NCBI GenBank assembly: GCA_902595725.1
Contig: CACJRJ010000002.1
Coordinates: 2,501-66,500, forward strand
Direction of reading: 5' to 3'
Length of the DNA stretch: 64,000 nt
Source: an uncultured Pelagibacteraceae bacterium
Lineage (GTDB): Bacteria; Pseudomonadota; Alphaproteobacteria; Pelagibacterales; Pelagibacteraceae
The notes under the pieces are model-generated. The model saw nothing but the letters and a program-made list of their open reading frames with translations. It was not told the DNA's origin and did no database searches. Each line of letters starts with the position of its first letter. The stretch's first letter is position 1. Made by a program: the position numbers and the translations under genes. Positions 49,223 to 58,820 of this stretch are shown here, piece by piece.

Positions 49223-50395
49223 ATGCTTAGATATTTATCTTCACCTTTTAAATGGTTTTTTAAACTTGAAGCTGCAAGTGGTTTAATTTTATTAATAAGT
49301 GCTATAGTTGCACTTATAATAAGTAATTCATCAATATCATCATTATATTTTGAAAGTTTAAATAAATATATTTTTATTGGGATAAATAATTTTGGCCTAA
49401 AACTATCAGTTTTACATTGGATAAATGATGCATTAATGGCAATATTTTTTTTCTTTGTTACTTTAGAAATTAAAAGAGAGTTTCTACAAGGAGAATTGTC
49501 TAATATTAAACAAGCATTATTACCAATAATTGCTGCCGTCGGAGGAATGTTGGTACCTGCATTAGTTTATGTTTATATCAATCTAGGAGATAGTGAGACG
49601 TTAACTGGTTGGGCAATACCATCAGCTACAGATATAGCTTTTTCTTTAGGAGTTCTTTCATTGTTGGGAAAAAGAGTTCCTATATCATTAAAAGTTTTTT
49701 TAACAGCACTAGCTATAATTGATGATCTAGGGGCAATCGTAATTATAGCATTATTTTATTCAGGAGATTTAAGCATCAAATATCTTTCATTAATGTTAAT
49801 TGCTTTTTTAATTTTGTTAATTATAAATAAATTTAACGTTAAAAAGTTTCTTCCATATTTAATCGTAGGTTTATTCCTTTGGGATTTTACGCACAACTCC
49901 GGTATTCATGCAACTATAGCAGGAGTTTTATTGGCAATGACAATACCTCATAGAAAAAAAGAAAAGGATTTTTCATTATTAATTAAAGTTGAACATGCGA
50001 TAAGTCCGTATGTTGCTTTTGGAATTATGCCATTATTTGCTTTTGCTAATGCAGGTGTATCTTTAGAAGGATTATCTTTCTCTTCATTATTGGATAAAGT
50101 TCCACTTGGAATAGTATTAGGATTATTTCTGGGTAAGCAGTTAGGAGTTTTTTTATTTTCATATATTTCTATAAAGTTAAAAATTGCTCAAATGCCTAAT
50201 AACTCAAATTGGTTTAATTTTTATGGCGTGGGTGTTTTAACAGGAATTGGCTTTACGATGAGTTTATTTGTAGGAAATTTAGCATTTGTAGAAAATATGC
50301 AATATATGGATGGTGTTAAAATAGGAGTATTAACTGGGTCATTATTATCCACTTTATTTGGTTACTTCCTGATATTACTTACGCCAAATAAATAA
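49223..50395 (+). CDS. nhaA: Na+/H+ antiporter NhaA
   Basis: WINDALMAIFF, GWAIPSATDIAF, LAIIDDLG, GIGFTMSLF. Confidence 0.97.
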   Translation: MLRYLSSPFKWFFKLEAASGLILLISAIVALIISNSSISSLYFESLNKYIFIGINNFGLKLSVLHWINDALMAIFFFFVTLEIKREFLQGELSNIKQALLPIIAAVGGMLVPALVYVYINLGDSETLTGWAIPSATDIAFSLGVLSLLGKRVPISLKVFLTALAIIDDLGAIVIIALFYSGDLSIKYLSLMLIAFLILLIINKFNVKKFLPYLIVGLFLWDFTHNSGIHATIAGVLLAMTIPHRKKEKDFSLLIKVEHAISPYVAFGIMPLFAFANAGVSLEGLSFSSLLDKVPLGIVLGLFLGKQLGVFLFSYISIKLKIAQMPNNSNWFNFYGVGVLTGIGFTMSLFVGNLAFVENMQYMDGVKIGVLTGSLLSTLFGYFLILLTPNK

Positions 50396-50404
50396 TTTCA
50401 ATAA

Positions 50405-50950
50405 ATGAGAAAAATAATATTATTAGTACTAACTATATTTATGTTTTTTTTTAAAAATACAGCAACATCAAACTATGAAAAAAAATTTTATGAACTTAGT
50501 ATAGAAAGTATTACAGGAGAAACGATTAATTTTAATGATTATAAAAATAAACCTGTACTAATTGTAAATACAGCTAGCTATTGTGGTTTTACAAAACAAT
50601 ATAATGAGTTACAGGAATTATGGGATTTATATAAAACTAAGGGATTAATAGTACTTGGAGTTCCGTCAAATTCATTTAATCAAGAAAAAAGTAACAACGC
50701 TGAAGTTAAGGAGTTTTGCAAAGTAAATTTTAATATAAATTTTCCATTAACTACTATTACAGAAGTTAAAGGTGAAAATTCTCATGAGTTATTTAAATGG
50801 GCTAAAAATAATTATGGTAAATCCGCAGTTCCTAAATGGAATTTTCATAAAATTTTAATCGATAAAAATGGAAACGTTATTGATACATTTGCATCATTTA
50901 CAAATCCAATGTCAAAAAAAATTATTAAGAAAATAGAAAATATTCTATAG
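50405..50950 (+). CDS. Glutathione peroxidase family protein, exported
   Basis: VNTASYCGFT, PSNSFNQE, PKWNFHK. Confidence 0.93.
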   Translation: MRKIILLVLTIFMFFFKNTATSNYEKKFYELSIESITGETINFNDYKNKPVLIVNTASYCGFTKQYNELQELWDLYKTKGLIVLGVPSNSFNQEKSNNAEVKEFCKVNFNINFPLTTITEVKGENSHELFKWAKNNYGKSAVPKWNFHKILIDKNGNVIDTFASFTNPMSKKIIKKIENIL

Positions 50951-51718
50951 ATTAAAATTCATACCATCATAAGCAGGTAGAACACTTTTAGGTAATATTT
51001 TTTTTAGTTTATTATAATCTAAATCTACGTGCAAATTTGTAAGTATCGATTTTTTTGGTTTAAGAATGCGTATTAATTCTAAAACTTCGTCAAGATTAAA
51101 ATGTGATGGATGTTTCTTAAATCTTAAACAATCAATTACAAAATATTTAAGATTTGTAAAATGTTTATAATCTTTTTCATAAATCATATTAACATCGCTT
51201 AAATAGGCACATTTATTATTTATTATATAAGCATTACAATTAACTTTTCCATGACCAACTTTTATACTTTTTATATTTAAATTTGTATTTTTATCGACAA
51301 AATAATTATTTTTTTTAATAATATTTAATTTTAATATAGCTGGATATGAGATTGTGTTTTTAAAACAATATTTAAAGTTTTTTAATAAATAATTTTTAGT
51401 ATAGAGATCGCAATATACAGGAATTTTTTTTTTACTTTTAATATAAAATATTCTTAAATCATTTATCCCATGTGTTTGGTCAGCATGAGTATGTGAATAC
51501 AAAACTCTATCAATTTTTTTAATATTATTTTTCAACAATTGAAATCGTAAATCTGGTGAAGTATCTATAAGTGTATTACTATATTTTGAAGATATAACTG
51601 CACTGCATCTAGTTCTATAATTCTTTTTTTCAGCTGGATTACAATTTCCAAAAGAACCATCAGCCCTAGGTACACCCATTGAGCTACCACAACCTAATAT
51701 AGTAAATTTTATTGACAT
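50945..51718 (-). CDS. MBL-fold metallohydrolase, PhnP-like
   Basis: LGCGSSMGVP, DTSPDLR, HTHADQTHGINDLR, HPSH. Confidence 0.9.
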   Translation of the reverse strand: MSIKFTILGCGSSMGVPRADGSFGNCNPAEKKNYRTRCSAVISSKYSNTLIDTSPDLRFQLLKNNIKKIDRVLYSHTHADQTHGINDLRIFYIKSKKKIPVYCDLYTKNYLLKNFKYCFKNTISYPAILKLNIIKKNNYFVDKNTNLNIKSIKVGHGKVNCNAYIINNKCAYLSDVNMIYEKDYKHFTNLKYFVIDCLRFKKHPSHFNLDEVLELIRILKPKKSILTNLHVDLDYNKLKKILPKSVLPAYDGMNFNL

Positions 51719-51719
51719 A

Positions 51720-53006
51720 TTAGAAAAGTCTTATTCTTGTAGGAATCTTTAATATATTTTTATTTGTTTTAAATAGTTGAAGACATTTATTTGCATCTAA
51801 TTCATTAGTTTTATGAGTAATAATTATTATTGATGCCTTTTTATTTTTATTATCTGGAATTTGAATAAGTCTTTCAACTGATATATTTCTTTTTGCTAAA
51901 GTATGTGTAATTTGTGAAAGAACACCAGGTTTGTCATTTACTTCAAATCTAAAATAAAGTGAATTTGAGTATTTATTTAAATCGTATGAGCGAATGGATT
52001 TGCGTTTTCTACTAGAAACGCCGAAAGGAAATTTAATATTACCTCTTAAAATAGAAAGTAGATCAGACATAAGAGCAGAAGAAGTTGCTCCTGGACCTGC
52101 TCCTTCACCTTGCAAAACTGTTTCTCCTACTGGATTGCCGTGTAGGATAACTGCATTCATAACACCAGAAACATTGGCAATATATGTATCTTTTTTTACT
52201 AAACAAGGATGTACTCTTTCAAAAAGTTTGTTATTTCTTAACTCCGTAATTCCAAGCAATTTAATTCTAAAATTTAATTGATTAGCAATTTCAATATCTT
52301 TAAACTCTATGTTTTCTATTCCCTCCATTAAACTTTTTTGCTTAGATATATTTTTATTAAATGATAAAGACGACAATATTCTAATTTTTGCAAATGCATC
52401 GTAACCATTTAAATCAAGTTTAGGATTTCCTGGTTCAGCATATCCTAGTTTTTGGGCCTTTTTTAAAACACTATGAAAGGATTCTTTTGCATTTTCCATT
52501 TCAGTCAAAATATAATTACATGTACCATTTAAAATACCATAAACTTTAGTAATTTTATTTGTTGCTAAGCTTTCTTTTATAGTTCTTAATATTGGTATAC
52601 CTCCTGCAACAGAAGCTTCGAATTCTAAGTTAACTTTATTTTTTTCAGCTAATTTAGAAAGATAATTGCCATGTTTAGATATTAAAGCTTTATTTGGTGT
52701 AATAACATGTATTTTATTTTTTAAAGCTGTTTCTACAATCTTCTTTGAAATACCATCGGATAAACCTATACATTCGAATAAAATATCAATTTTATTTGAG
52801 TTTAGTATTTTTAAAGGATTTTTATAAAATATTTTTTTGTTTATTAAAAATCTTCTTTTTTTGTTAATATTTTTTGCAGATATCGCCGAAATATTAATTT
52901 TTTTTCCTGTCTTAAGCTCAATATCATTTTTTTTTTTATTTAATTCATTCATTAAATAATTACCTATCTGACCTAAGCCAACTAATGCTATATTAATTTT
53001 ACTCAT
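51720..53006 (-). CDS. hom: Homoserine dehydrogenase with ACT domain
   Basis: GLGQIG, FEASVAGGIP, GILNGTCNYIL, GEGAG, DKPGVLS. Confidence 0.95.
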   Translation of the reverse strand: MSKINIALVGLGQIGNYLMNELNKKKNDIELKTGKKINISAISAKNINKKRRFLINKKIFYKNPLKILNSNKIDILFECIGLSDGISKKIVETALKNKIHVITPNKALISKHGNYLSKLAEKNKVNLEFEASVAGGIPILRTIKESLATNKITKVYGILNGTCNYILTEMENAKESFHSVLKKAQKLGYAEPGNPKLDLNGYDAFAKIRILSSLSFNKNISKQKSLMEGIENIEFKDIEIANQLNFRIKLLGITELRNNKLFERVHPCLVKKDTYIANVSGVMNAVILHGNPVGETVLQGEGAGPGATSSALMSDLLSILRGNIKFPFGVSSRKRKSIRSYDLNKYSNSLYFRFEVNDKPGVLSQITHTLAKRNISVERLIQIPDNKNKKASIIIITHKTNELDANKCLQLFKTNKNILKIPTRIRLF

Positions 53007-53214
53007 CTTTTTCATTTATATCGGGGTATGTACTATTTTTACCATATTCAATAATTAATAATTTATATTTTTCATATAAAAAATTGTTATTTAAATCACT
53101 AAATTTTGAATGTGCAAGTTGTGCGCTTTCTAAATCTAAAGTTTTATTTGTATTATATGATGAGCATGAAAATAAAAAGATAAAAGATAAGATTATAAAA
53201 GTTATATTTTTCAT
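52999..53214 (-). CDS. Small putative lipoprotein
   Basis: Signal peptide with LFSC lipobox; overlaps argC and hom. Confidence 0.7.
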   Translation of the reverse strand: MKNITFIILSFIFLFSCSSYNTNKTLDLESAQLAHSKFSDLNNNFLYEKYKLLIIEYGKNSTYPDINEKDE

Positions 53215-54233
53215 ACTAAACCTTTTTTTAAATTATAGCCAAAATAATAATTTAAATTTTGAACCGCCTGACCTGCACCACCTTTTATCAGATTATCTAT
53301 TGCTGACAAAATTATTATTTTATTTTTATCCATTGTTTTGCATACTGACACATAGCAATAGTTTGTATTAATTACATCGTTTGTGCTTATTAATGAATTT
53401 TCTGGAAGAATCTTAATAAATTTATCATTCTTATAAAAATTTTTTAATTCTAAACTTATCTTTTTTATACTTGTTCCATTTTTTATATTTAAATAAATTG
53501 TACTTAAAATTCCTCTGAACATTGGACTTAAATGTGGAGTAAAAGTGAATTTAACATTTTTTTTTGAATAATTGTTTAATTCTTGCTTAATTTCTGAGTT
53601 ATGTCTATGAAATCCAACACCGTATGCGCTTAATGATTCATATAAGTTTTTATTAATATATTTTTTATGCACGCCTCTTCCTGCGCCTGAATAACCTGAT
53701 TTTGAATCAATTATAATATTATTTGATTCAACTAATTCTTTTTTAAGAATAGGAATTAATGGCAACAATATAGATGTTGGATAACATCCGGGGCAAGATA
53801 TTATTTTAAATTTTTTTAGTTTATTTTTAACAATTTCAGGCAATGCATAAATACTTTTCTTAATATTTTTTTTTGAATTATGTTTAATTTTATACCATCT
53901 TAAATATTCTTTATAAGATTTAAGTCTAAAATCTGCAGATAAATCAAATAAGATATTATTTTTTAACATTTTATTTGAAATTTTTTGAGCTTCACCATTA
54001 GGAAGAGCGGTAAAAATTAAATCAACATCATTTAATAAATTGTTATTAAATTTAATTATTTTTGGTAATTTTTTGTTTTTTAAACTTTTATCAAAATATG
54101 AAATTGATTTACCTTTTGATGTGTTGCCACATAAATATTTAATATTAATATTTGGATGTTTTATTAGTAATTTAACTAATTGAATTCCAATATATCCAGT
54201 AGATCCAGCAATTAAAGCATTAAGCTTGAGCAT
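53211..54233 (-). CDS. argC: N-acetyl-gamma-glutamyl-phosphate reductase
   Basis: GSTGYIG, DLSADFR, PGCYPT, SGYSGAG, IDNLIKGGAGQAVQN. Confidence 0.96.
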   Translation of the reverse strand: MLKLNALIAGSTGYIGIQLVKLLIKHPNINIKYLCGNTSKGKSISYFDKSLKNKKLPKIIKFNNNLLNDVDLIFTALPNGEAQKISNKMLKNNILFDLSADFRLKSYKEYLRWYKIKHNSKKNIKKSIYALPEIVKNKLKKFKIISCPGCYPTSILLPLIPILKKELVESNNIIIDSKSGYSGAGRGVHKKYINKNLYESLSAYGVGFHRHNSEIKQELNNYSKKNVKFTFTPHLSPMFRGILSTIYLNIKNGTSIKKISLELKNFYKNDKFIKILPENSLISTNDVINTNYCYVSVCKTMDKNKIIILSAIDNLIKGGAGQAVQNLNYYFGYNLKKGLV

Positions 54234-54266
54234 AATTTATTATAACAGTTGAGGTTAAAAAAGAAA

Positions 54267-54698
54267 TTATCTTTTAGAAAATTGGAAACTTCTTCTAGCT
54301 TTTCTATGGCCGTATTTCTTTCTTTCAACGGATCTAGAATCTCTAGTGGTTAACTTTTCTTTTTTTAGGGTTGATTTTAATTCAGCATCAAACATTAGTA
54401 ATGCTTTGGAGATGCCATGCACCATGGCTCCAACTTGGCCAGTTAAACCCCCACCCTTCACATTGCATCTTACGTCATAGTTTGCTGGTTGGCTTATAAT
54501 TTCAAAAGGTCTTAATAGTTGCATTTTATGATTTGCTCTTTTAAAATAATTATCATAACTTTTTCCGTTAACATAAATTTTTCCTGATCCTTTTTTTAGC
54601 CAGATTTTTGCAATTGAGGTTTTTCTTCTGCCAGTAGCATATTTACTATCTTTAAAATCTAATTTAATTTTTTCTGATTTATTTGATGATACTTCCAT
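54267..54698 (-). CDS. rpsI: 30S ribosomal protein S9
   Basis: ATGRRKTS, GGGLTGQ, ERKKYGHRKARRSFQFSKR. Confidence 0.98.
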   Translation of the reverse strand: MEVSSNKSEKIKLDFKDSKYATGRRKTSIAKIWLKKGSGKIYVNGKSYDNYFKRANHKMQLLRPFEIISQPANYDVRCNVKGGGLTGQVGAMVHGISKALLMFDAELKSTLKKEKLTTRDSRSVERKKYGHRKARRSFQFSKR

Positions 54699-54699
54699 A

Positions 54700-55158
54700 T
54701 TAAATTCTTACAATATTTTTACTATTTAATTTAGACAAATCTATTACTTTTGGATTTTGTGCAGCATGAGGATGTTCAGATCCTGAATAAATTTTTAGTT
54801 TTGTTAATTGTTTTCTTCCAAGTACTCCTCCCGGCAACATTCTTTTAACAGCGAGTTTTAAGGCTTCACCTGGTTTTTTTTCAAAAAGTTTTTCAGGAGT
54901 TGTTTCTTTTATTCCTCCTGGATATCCAGTGTGTCTATAATATTTTTTATTCTCAAATTTTTTTCCAGTAAATTTAATTTGTTCTATATTTTTAACTACT
55001 ACAAAATCGCCATGATCCATATGGGGAGTATATGTATTCTTATTTTTTCCTCTAATTATTTTAGATATAATTGTCGCTAATCTACCTACAACAGCATTTT
55101 TAGCATCAATTTCATACCAATCACATTGTATCTCGCTATTTTTAACAAATTTAGTCAT
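54700..55158 (-). CDS. rplM: 50S ribosomal protein L13
   Basis: Start reassigned to ATG at 55158; GRLAT, YTPHMDHGD, HTGYPGG, AVKRMLP. Confidence 0.97.
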   Translation of the reverse strand: MTKFVKNSEIQCDWYEIDAKNAVVGRLATIISKIIRGKNKNTYTPHMDHGDFVVVKNIEQIKFTGKKFENKKYYRHTGYPGGIKETTPEKLFEKKPGEALKLAVKRMLPGGVLGRKQLTKLKIYSGSEHPHAAQNPKVIDLSKLNSKNIVRI

Positions 55159-55168
55159 AGATGCGGGA

Positions 55169-55197
55169 TTAATACTTATAAAAGGTAATATTGTCAA
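55169..55197 (-). promoter_or_regulatory. Sigma70-type promoter of rplM-rpsI (very short leader)
   Basis: TTGACA (55197-55192)-N17-TATTAA (55174-55169). Confidence 0.55.
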
Positions 55198-55219
55198 ATT
55201 ATATTAATATTGATAGTAA

Positions 55220-55285
55220 TTGTAGGGTTTAAGTGTGGGGTAAACTGCGAGTAAATTTACTAAATTTATAACAACATAATAGGAG
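55220..55285 (+). promoter_or_regulatory. Possible SAM-II/SAM-V-like structured leader of metY
   Basis: TTGTAG/CTGCGA stem, GGTTTAA loop start, GTAAA/TTTAC pairing, 3' ACTAAA; two conserved U residues are missing. Confidence 0.3.
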
Positions 55286-55291
55286 AAATAC

Positions 55292-56626
55292 ATGAGCGAC
55301 AAAAATAAAAAAGGAACAGAAAGTAAAACATATAAATTTGATACTTTAAGTTTGCATGCTGGTTATCAACCTCACAAAAATGCAGGATCAAGACAAGTGC
55401 CAATTTATCAAACTACTTCATATCTTTTTGATGATGTTGACCATGCGGCAGCTCTTTTTAATCTAGAAAGAGGTGGTCATATATATAGTAGAATTTCAAA
55501 TCCTACAGTTGGAGTTTTGGAAGAAAGAGTTGCTTCTCTCGAAGGTGGAACTGCTGCTCTTGCCACATCATCTGGAATGAGTGCAATATTTTTAACTGTA
55601 ATGACTTTATGTGAAGCTGGAGATCATCTTGTTGTATCATCTCAACTTTACGGAGGTACAGTAAATTTATTTAGATTAACATTACCAAAATTTGGTATTA
55701 AGTGTACTTTTGTAAAACCTCGTGATACGGAAGGTTTTAAAAAAGCAATTCAAAAAAATACAAAAGGTATTTTTGGCGAGCTAGTTGGAAATCCTGGAAA
55801 TGAACTTATGAATATGCCAGAAATAGCAAAAATTGCTCATGATGCAGGTATTCCATTAATTGTTGACGCAACATATCAAACTCCTTATCTTTGCAAACCG
55901 TTCGAGCATGGCGCTGATATAGTGGTTCACTCATTAACAAAGTGGATGGCTGGACATGGTTCTTCAATGGCTGGAATTTTAGTTGAAGGTGGTAATTTTG
56001 ATTGGATGCAAAATGATAAATTTCCAACAATGACAAAACCTTATGAAGGTTATCATGGATTATCTTTCGCAGAAGAATTTGGACCTACTGCTTTTACAAT
56101 GAAAGCAAGAGCAGAAGGTATGAGAGATTTTGGTCCTTGTTTAAGTCCTCAAAATGCATGGAATGTATTACAAGGTATTGAAACTCTATCTGTAAGAATG
56201 AAAAAACACTGTTCTAATGCAGAGGAAATGGTTAAATATTTGTTAAATCATGAAAGTGTTGCTTGGGTATCTCATCCAAGCGTCCCTGACCATCCTGATC
56301 ATGCTTTAGCAAAAAAATTATTACCTAATGGTCGTGGATCAATGATAGCATTTGGTATTAAAGGCGGAAAGGATGCTGGAGTTGCATTTATTAATAATGT
56401 TAAGCTTGCTTCTCATCTCGCAAATGTTGGTGATACAAGAACTTTAGTTATTCATCCAGCTTCTGGAACTCATTCTCAAATGGATGAAGCAACTTTAAAA
56501 TTTGCTGGTTTATCTCATGATATGATACGATTGTCTGTTGGTATTGAAGATATAGATGATATTAAAAACGATTTTGAAATTGGATTTAGAGCAGCAAGAA
56601 AACCAAGACTTGTATCTAATCAATGA
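55292..56626 (+). CDS. metY: O-acetylhomoserine aminocarboxypropyltransferase/sulfhydrylase, paralogue 1
   Basis: PIYQTTSY, YSRISNPT, HSLTKW (PLP lysine), HLANVGDTRTLVIHPAS. Confidence 0.9.
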   Translation: MSDKNKKGTESKTYKFDTLSLHAGYQPHKNAGSRQVPIYQTTSYLFDDVDHAAALFNLERGGHIYSRISNPTVGVLEERVASLEGGTAALATSSGMSAIFLTVMTLCEAGDHLVVSSQLYGGTVNLFRLTLPKFGIKCTFVKPRDTEGFKKAIQKNTKGIFGELVGNPGNELMNMPEIAKIAHDAGIPLIVDATYQTPYLCKPFEHGADIVVHSLTKWMAGHGSSMAGILVEGGNFDWMQNDKFPTMTKPYEGYHGLSFAEEFGPTAFTMKARAEGMRDFGPCLSPQNAWNVLQGIETLSVRMKKHCSNAEEMVKYLLNHESVAWVSHPSVPDHPDHALAKKLLPNGRGSMIAFGIKGGKDAGVAFINNVKLASHLANVGDTRTLVIHPASGTHSQMDEATLKFAGLSHDMIRLSVGIEDIDDIKNDFEIGFRAARKPRLVSNQ

Positions 56627-57435
56627 AATTTAAAGTAAATGGTGACGAGATATTCGCCTCAACTGGTGGACGTCCGTTTGATAAAAATAAACCCTTAATT
56701 ATTTTTGTTCATGGAAGTGGTTTAACTCATATGACATGGGTTCTTCAAACTAGATATTTTGCTTTTCATGGTTATAGTGTTTTAGCTTTGGATTTACCTG
56801 GTCACGGCCTGTCTAGTGGTAAAAGCCTAAAATCTATTGAAGATATGGCTGACTGGATTAACAGTGTGATAGATGCTGTTGGATACAAGGAAGCATCTTT
56901 AGTTGGTCACTCTCAAGGTTGTTTAGTTACTATTGAATGTACAGCAAGATATCCAAATAAAATTAAAACACTGAGTTTAATGGGCGGTGCTGGAGCTATA
57001 CCTATGAACCCAGAACTATTAGCCCTTGCTGAGAATGGTGATCCAAAAGCAGTAGATTTAATGATGGATTGGGCACATGGTCCAGCAGGTCATTTTGGTG
57101 GTCATCCAGTTCCTGGATTATATCATATAAACACTGGTGGTATGTTAGCTAAATCAAGAACAATAAAAGATACTCTCGGTGTAGATTTTCGAGCGTGTGA
57201 TAATTACAAAAATGGATTTGAAGCTGCAAAAAAGATTAAAATTCCAACTTTATCAATACTCGCTACAGACGATAAAATGTGCCCTGTAAAAGAAGGTAAA
57301 AAATTAGCTAATCTAATTGAAGGAAGTAAAGTTGATATTATTGATAATTGTGGTCATATGATGCTACTTGAGGAAGCAGACAGGGTTTTAAAAGTACTAA
57401 AAAATTTCATTACAACCAATTATCCAGCTAAATAA
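56623..57435 (+). CDS. Alpha/beta hydrolase
   Basis: HGSG, DLPGHG, nucleophile GHSQG, DDKM, CGHMML; overlaps the metY1 stop. Confidence 0.9.
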   Translation: MKFKVNGDEIFASTGGRPFDKNKPLIIFVHGSGLTHMTWVLQTRYFAFHGYSVLALDLPGHGLSSGKSLKSIEDMADWINSVIDAVGYKEASLVGHSQGCLVTIECTARYPNKIKTLSLMGGAGAIPMNPELLALAENGDPKAVDLMMDWAHGPAGHFGGHPVPGLYHINTGGMLAKSRTIKDTLGVDFRACDNYKNGFEAAKKIKIPTLSILATDDKMCPVKEGKKLANLIEGSKVDIIDNCGHMMLLEEADRVLKVLKNFITTNYPAK

Positions 57436-57500
57436 ATAAATTTTAAGCTTGATTGTAATCCTTACATAAAGGAAAATATTAAAAAAAAAGGAGAAATACA

Positions 57501-58820
57501 ATGAGCAAAAACCCAGAAACAATTGCGTTGCATGGTGGTGATTATAGAAGTGATCCAGCAACAACTGCCGTAGCAGTACCATTATATAGAACAACTTCGT
57601 ATCAATTTAATGATACTGGACATGCGGCAAATTTATTTGCACTTAAAGAATTTGGAAACATTTATACAAGAATAATGAATCCAACAAACGACGTTTTAGA
57701 AAAAAGAGTTGCAGCTCTTGAAGGTGGTTTGGCAGCATTAACTGTTGGTTCAGGACAAGCCGCATCAACTTTTGCTATTATGAATGTATGCCAATCTGGA
57801 GATAATTTTATTAGTTCAACGGATTTATACGGTGGAACAGTAAACTTATTTACACATACATTAAAGAAACTTGGTATTGAATGCAGATATGCTGATCCAG
57901 CTGATCCAAAAAACTTTGAAAAATTAATAGATGAAAAAACAAGATGTTTTTATGCAGAAACATTACCAAATCCATATCTTAGAGTTTTTCCAATAAAAGA
58001 AGTTTCAGATATTGGTAGAAAGTACAATATACCATTAATAATGGATAATACGGCTTCACCAGTTATATGTAAGCCATTAGAGCACGGTGCAGCAGTTGTT
58101 GTTCATTCTTTAACTAAATTTATCGGAGGACATGGAACTGTAATAGGTGGTTGTTTAGTAGATGGAGGAAATTTTGATTGGACAGCTGATCCAAAAAGAC
58201 AACCTCTTTTTAATGAACCAGATATGAGTTATGGTGGTGCTAAATGGGGTGAAGTCGTACCTCAACTAACTGGAGCAAATGTATCATTTGCAATAAGAGC
58301 AAGAGTTTGTTTATTAAGAGATTTGGGTGCTCCTTTAGCGCCTGATAATGCCTGGGGCATCATACAAGGCTTAGAAACTGCTCCTTTAAGAATGAAACAA
58401 CATTGTTCAAATGCTGAAAAAGCTGTTGATTTTTTAAAGAAACACAAAAATGTTGAAAGAGTCATATACCCTACTCTTCATGAAGGAGAGATAGCAGCAA
58501 GATCAAAAAAATACTTTAAAGGTGGCAATGGTGCTTTAGTAGGTATTGAAGTAAAAGGTGGTGTCGAAGCAGGTAAAAAATTTATTGAATCATTAAAAAT
58601 GTTTTACCATGTTGCTAATATTGGTGACGCAAGAAGTTTGGCAATTCATCCAGCTACAACTACACATAGTCAGTTGACAGAGGAGGAGCTATTAGCTGCT
58701 GGTGTAACACCTGGTTATGTAAGATTATCTATTGGCATTGAACATCCTGATGATATTATTGCTGATTTAGATCAAGCTTTAAATCAATCGGGTAAACCTA
58801 GCCTGAAAGCCGTTGGTTAG
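57501..58820 (+). CDS. metY: O-acetylhomoserine aminocarboxypropyltransferase/sulfhydrylase, paralogue 2
   Basis: GNIYTRIMNPT, HSLTKFIGGHG, HVANIGDARSLAIHPATTTHSQL. Confidence 0.93.
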   Translation: MSKNPETIALHGGDYRSDPATTAVAVPLYRTTSYQFNDTGHAANLFALKEFGNIYTRIMNPTNDVLEKRVAALEGGLAALTVGSGQAASTFAIMNVCQSGDNFISSTDLYGGTVNLFTHTLKKLGIECRYADPADPKNFEKLIDEKTRCFYAETLPNPYLRVFPIKEVSDIGRKYNIPLIMDNTASPVICKPLEHGAAVVVHSLTKFIGGHGTVIGGCLVDGGNFDWTADPKRQPLFNEPDMSYGGAKWGEVVPQLTGANVSFAIRARVCLLRDLGAPLAPDNAWGIIQGLETAPLRMKQHCSNAEKAVDFLKKHKNVERVIYPTLHEGEIAARSKKYFKGGNGALVGIEVKGGVEAGKKFIESLKMFYHVANIGDARSLAIHPATTTHSQLTEEELLAAGVTPGYVRLSIGIEHPDDIIADLDQALNQSGKPSLKAVG

